The notes under the pieces were generated by a model. The model had not been told where the DNA came from, made no database searches, and saw only the letters and a program-made list of their open reading frames with translations. The position numbers were made by a program, and so were the translations under genes. From a virus, in IMG/VR virus record IMGVR_UViG_3300005882_000010: a stretch of 34,315 nt of DNA. One strand, given 5' to 3'. Each line of letters begins with the position of its first letter. The first letter of the stretch is position 1. Shown here in pieces: positions 31,003 to 34,315 of the stretch.

Positions 31003-31424
31003 TGACTGACAAAAAAGATCTTCAGGCGCAAATCAATCAATTGAGAAAGTCTTGCAGTGAGGACGAAGCCAAAGGCGCTGCACCGATAATTGACCGCGTG
31101 TTTGTTGGATTAAAGCGCATCTTTCCGGCATATAGCCATTGGATAAAGTCTCAAGCGGACGAAGACGGAATTAAAAAGGAGTGGGCGGTAGCACTAAAAC
31201 AGCATGGCGTTACTGATATTGAGATGATTAAGCGCGGCTTTAAGCATGCCAGAATGTATTGCAGCCCATTTTTCCCATCTGTAGGAATGTTCATTGACTG
31301 GTGTAAAACGCCGGAAGAAACAAAGCACCCGAGCCATGAAGCCTACTTGCCGCCACCGGACCTTACGGATGAAGAGCAGCAAAAGGCCAAAGAATACTTA
31401 AAGCGAATCAAGGAGCAGTTATGA
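31002..31424 (+). CDS. Lambda P-like replication protein (helicase loader N-terminal region)
   Basis: IIDRVFVGLKRIFPAYSHW...IKKEWAVALKQHGVTDIEMIKRGFKHARMYCSPFFPSVGMFIDWCK parallels lambda P IINGVFSQLLATFPAS...IRRQWVLAFRENGITTMEQVNAGMRVARRQNRPFLPSPGQFVAWCR (from memory). ATG 31002 overlaps the O-like stop. Confidence 0.75.
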   Translation: MTDKKDLQAQINQLRKSCSEDEAKGAAPIIDRVFVGLKRIFPAYSHWIKSQADEDGIKKEWAVALKQHGVTDIEMIKRGFKHARMYCSPFFPSVGMFIDWCKTPEETKHPSHEAYLPPPDLTDEEQQKAKEYLKRIKEQL

Positions 31425-31612
31425 ATCCCTATGCAAGCCCTAGTAAATACCGAATCTCTGACCACGAAATGAATAAAATGAAAACCATGATCAGGCATCA
31501 TTCGACATTAGGGCAGCCTGGTCACGTTGTCGATGAAACATTCGCAAGGTGGGACGCTGAAAACAACGCAAAGCCTGTAAAGCAGGAAAGGTCAGACCAC
31601 TTCCAAGGCTAA
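31421..31612 (+). CDS. Hypothetical protein
   Basis: 63-aa ORF, start overlaps the upstream stop (ATGA). Confidence 0.6.
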   Translation: MNPYASPSKYRISDHEMNKMKTMIRHHSTLGQPGHVVDETFARWDAENNAKPVKQERSDHFQG

Positions 31613-31632
31613 AGTGGAGTAATATCTTAACT

Positions 31633-31827
31633 ATGGATCAGCTACCATTATTTCTTGAAGACAATACTCGCTACCGCATCCGGTACAGAGATAAGGGAAA
31701 TAGAGTTTCTGAGTTCGATTGCTGGTGTTTAGCTGGCAAGTTTATGGCAGATAACTATTCCATTCTCGATATGAGCAGGGTTGAGGTATTAGCGAGAATA
31801 GGACACAGGAGAGAGGTTTTTGTATGA
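31633..31827 (+). CDS. Hypothetical protein
   Basis: 64-aa ORF, co-oriented. Confidence 0.55.
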   Translation: MDQLPLFLEDNTRYRIRYRDKGNRVSEFDCWCLAGKFMADNYSILDMSRVEVLARIGHRREVFV

Positions 31828-32105
31828 GTGAATTAGAGGTAGAGCTTGAGATTAAAGCTTTGGACACCGAGGGTTATTTAGTTTCTTTGAATGACGTGAA
31901 GTCAGAAATGAGTCGAGTTGTTAGAAGTGCTGTAGAGCAAGCATTCATGGCTGGACAATCTGATTGCGGAGTTGATCCTAGTTTCAGCTCTGCAAAGAAA
32001 TACGCAGATTCGATTTTGGGTGAAAACAAGGAGCCAGAGAAGCCGTGCGAAAACTGCGGAAACCCCCTTTGGTCTGGTATGTGTGACGAGTGCATCCCGT
32101 ACTAA
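31824..32105 (+). CDS. Hypothetical protein with a C-terminal Cys4 knuckle
   Basis: 93 aa, CENCGNPLWSGMCDEC. Start overlaps the upstream stop. Confidence 0.6.
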   Translation: MSELEVELEIKALDTEGYLVSLNDVKSEMSRVVRSAVEQAFMAGQSDCGVDPSFSSAKKYADSILGENKEPEKPCENCGNPLWSGMCDECIPY

Positions 32106-32115
32106 TGGAGCAATC

Positions 32116-32289
32116 ATGTATAAAATCGACTACTCAAACGGTAACTACATAGTCATAGATAATCGAGGCTATGAAGCTAACAGGAATAAATCAGCTAAAC
32201 GGATTAAATCCTATCTCAATCAGATTGGGATAGATTGGAGAAATTGCGAAGTATTGAATGAAGCTAAACAGGCTTTTGGGAGGAAATAA
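32116..32289 (+). CDS. Hypothetical 57-aa protein
   Basis: ATG 32116 lies 5 nt after GGAG (MYKIDYSNGNYIVIDNRGYE...). The longer track ORF starting at 31972 overlaps the previous gene in another frame. Confidence 0.5.
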   Translation: MYKIDYSNGNYIVIDNRGYEANRNKSAKRIKSYLNQIGIDWRNCEVLNEAKQAFGRK

Positions 32290-32492
32290 TGGTTTTTTAT
32301 ATTGTATTAGGCGTTATCGGCTGGTTGGTTATTGCTGCGATAACTAGAGATTGTGCTATTCGCGTGGCAAGGGAGTTACTTTTTAACTTAAGCGAACTGA
32401 GGCTTTCGATTATTTCTATTATTTGGCCTTTATTTTGGCTTTGGGTTTTTATATATGCACAAATGCCGCAATTAAGATTGTCGTCAATATAG
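32289..32492 (+). CDS. Small membrane protein (two TM helices)
   Basis: 67 aa, VFYIVLGVIGWLVIAAI and ISIIWPLFWLWVFIY. Start overlaps the upstream stop. Confidence 0.6.
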   Translation: MVFYIVLGVIGWLVIAAITRDCAIRVARELLFNLSELRLSIISIIWPLFWLWVFIYAQMPQLRLSSI

Positions 32493-32515
32493 CTTTTCCA
32501 GATAAGAAGTAAACG

Positions 32516-32887
32516 ATGACAAATAAAGCTAAACGCAAAGTCCTGACGCTTGAGCAGAAGATACAACTAGGAAAAGACGCATTAGAGCTTTACCGCGAAT
32601 TCAAGGCCAGAAAGAAAGGCGGCTGGGCTGACGTAGGAAAGGCTTTATCAGTAACCCATACAACGGCCAAGCGATATGCCGATTTGTACGCGGAAGGCGG
32701 CGCAGAGATGATTGAAGATGCGCATTATGCGGGCAAGTCTCGTCAAATGAGTTCGCATCCAAACAAAGGCTTTACGATGGGCAACACTAGGCGGTCGCTG
32801 TGGGGGCCAGAATTCAAATATAGCGATATTTGGAACCATGCGCTATTCGGCAAAGATATATCAAACTTAATCAATGGGAGAGTTTAA
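32516..32887 (+). CDS. Possible HTH DNA-binding protein
   Basis: 123 aa. GWADVGKALSVTHTTAKRYADLY looks like a helix-turn-helix. Basic N-terminus. Confidence 0.6.
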   Translation: MTNKAKRKVLTLEQKIQLGKDALELYREFKARKKGGWADVGKALSVTHTTAKRYADLYAEGGAEMIEDAHYAGKSRQMSSHPNKGFTMGNTRRSLWGPEFKYSDIWNHALFGKDISNLINGRV

Positions 32888-33160
32888 ATGTTTAGGTTTA
32901 TAGCAGATTGGCTGATAAATTTGCTCGGAGGTTACACCGATAGCGATATTCAAGAAATGAACGAATACATGGAAAAATGGGCTAAGGACAACTTGGACAA
33001 TGAGACGATGGTAATAAAGGAAAGTCGTGAATATATTCCATCCGGCGCAAAAGTCGCCGTCATAAGCAGTAATCTGACAGCTTCAAATTTAGTTGTTAGA
33101 AAGATAAGTGTAGCGCCTTGGTGCAAGAATGTTAAATTATATCAAATGAGGACAATATAA
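32888..33160 (+). CDS. Hypothetical protein
   Basis: 90-aa ORF immediately following the previous stop. Confidence 0.6.
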   Translation: MFRFIADWLINLLGGYTDSDIQEMNEYMEKWAKDNLDNETMVIKESREYIPSGAKVAVISSNLTASNLVVRKISVAPWCKNVKLYQMRTI

Positions 33161-33609
33161 TGGCTTCAAGGGGAATTAATAAGTGCATCATCCTAGGCCA
33201 CCTGGGAAATGATCCCGAAATCCGGCACACTCCAAACGGCGGTGCTGTCGCCAATCTAACGGTAGCAACATCTGAGCAGTGGAAGGATAAAAACACAGGC
33301 GAGCCACGCGAAAAGACCGAATGGCACAGGGTAGTCATTTTCGGCAAGCTGGCAGAAATCGCCGGACAGTATCTTAGAAAAGGCTCTCAGGTTTACCTTG
33401 AGGGGAAATTGAGTGATCGAAAGTACCAAGGCAAAGACGGCCAAGACCGATATATAACTGAGGTTGTAGTCGATATTAACGGCGTTATGCAAATGCTAGG
33501 TGGCGGCAATCAGAAGCCGCAGCAACAACAGCAGCCGCAAGCGCAGCAAGCGCCGGAGCCTAATCCAGCGCAAGACTTTGGCGATTTCGACCAGGATATA
33601 CCCTTTTAG
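33160..33609 (+). CDS. ssb: Single-stranded DNA-binding protein
   Basis: [44 protein letters not shown]...[32 protein letters not shown] is an OB fold. Followed by a Gln/Pro-rich linker and the acidic tail DFDQDIPF. Confidence 0.95.
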   Translation: MASRGINKCIILGHLGNDPEIRHTPNGGAVANLTVATSEQWKDKNTGEPREKTEWHRVVIFGKLAEIAGQYLRKGSQVYLEGKLSDRKYQGKDGQDRYITEVVVDINGVMQMLGGGNQKPQQQQQPQAQQAPEPNPAQDFGDFDQDIPF

Positions 33610-33611
33610 CC

Positions 33612-34259
33612 ATGCCGCACAAGAAAAGAAAATGCGTAAACTGCAAAGAATTTAAGCCAGTTGAAGAGGGCAATATAACCCCGTCTGGCTTTATCTGCTC
33701 TGGTGAATGTGCGATTGAATACTCAAGAAAGCAGTTTATCAGAAGAAACTACCTGGGAAACAAGGGCAAGCGCAAAACAAACAATAATCAGGCCGCTAGT
33801 GATTTAAGGGTAAGTAAAAGGGCGGCTATTGCAGCTTGCCATAAATATATTAGAGAGCGCGATAGAGGTGGGCTTTGTATATGCTGCGGAGAGCCATTGA
33901 AAGAAGAGTTTCATGCTGGCCATTTTTGGAACTCAGGAAACTATCCTTACATTAGATTTGATGAAGATAATATTCATGGGCAAAATATTCAGTGTAATTA
34001 TTTTAAAGGCGGCGACTCAGGTTATTATCGTGAAAGGTTGATTGAAAAAATAGGGCTTGAGCGAGTTAAAAGGCTTGATGACAATAGAAGCAAGTCAATA
34101 AAGCGCACATTTGAAGATTATCGAGAGATAGAGCGATACTATAAACAAAAGCTCAAAGATTTGATACAATCAAGGAAGGAAACTAACCGGGGATTTGAAA
34201 TGTCAGGCTCAACCAAACCCAAAAAGCCAGAACCTAAGCCAAAGAAAAAGCGCAAATGA
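33612..34259 (+). CDS. ninG: NinG/Rap-like recombination endonuclease
   Basis: CHKYIRERDRGGLCICCGEPL...HAGHF...IRFDEDNIHGQNIQCNYFKGG...YRERLIEKIGLERV...YYKQKLKDL parallels lambda NinG FIRERDRDLPCISCG...DAGHY...LRFNERNIHKQCVVCN...YRVELISRIG...EYQQKLKDL (from memory). Confidence 0.85.
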   Translation: MPHKKRKCVNCKEFKPVEEGNITPSGFICSGECAIEYSRKQFIRRNYLGNKGKRKTNNNQAASDLRVSKRAAIAACHKYIRERDRGGLCICCGEPLKEEFHAGHFWNSGNYPYIRFDEDNIHGQNIQCNYFKGGDSGYYRERLIEKIGLERVKRLDDNRSKSIKRTFEDYREIERYYKQKLKDLIQSRKETNRGFEMSGSTKPKKPEPKPKKKRK

Positions 34260-34315
34260 TAGAGATTGTATCGCCATACATAGACACGGTTGCCGTTTTT
34301 ATTGCAATGGCGATG
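34217..34315. repeat. Terminal direct repeat, copy 2 (identical to 1..99)
   Basis: Exact 99-nt identity with the window start. Confidence 0.95.

Overview
The window is one complete phage genome. Bases 1-99 recur exactly at 34217-34315, an assembly overlap, so the unit is 34,216 bp and circular or circularly permuted.

Layout:
- Divergent control region, 30164-30375.
- Rightward (+) unit, first part: a lambdoid replication/recombination block with an O-like HTH initiator carrying internal iteron-like repeats, a lambda P-like protein, small ORFs, SSB and NinG.
- It crosses the contig junction into a lysis cassette: two membrane proteins, an M15 endolysin, a holin candidate and overlapped i-/o-spanins.
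- Then a terminator-bounded accessory island (about 2460-4247). It holds a two-gene cassette with a Gly/Tyr/Asp tandem-repeat protein, one more ORF, and about 580 bp of apparently structured non-coding DNA ending in a tRNA-like element.
- Then TerS/TerL, portal, scaffold, capsid and a T7-like order of tail and internal-virion genes, ending in a beta-helix tailspike at 23466.
- Leftward (-) early unit, 30154 down to 23499: about 20 small genes, including DUF551, several Cys4 zinc-ribbon proteins, a Rad52-like annealase, a Gp157-like protein and a NinB-like protein.

I recognise no integrase, repressor, or DNA or RNA polymerase.

Signals most worth follow-up:
1. A 10-17 nt motif (AACTGGTCGGATTT) occurs five times, always co-oriented with transcription. 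Four copies lie 22-23 nt upstream of a -10-like hexamer and 57-69 nt upstream of a start codon.
2. The structured non-coding island has a non-canonical tRNA-like 3' domain.
3. The GC-rich G/Y/D repeat gene contains a perfect 89-nt duplication.
4. Iteron-like repeats sit inside the O-like gene, and a hairpin sequesters the Shine-Dalgarno of a leader mini-ORF in front of it.

All functional calls rest on motif recognition by eye and on synteny. No database search was run.
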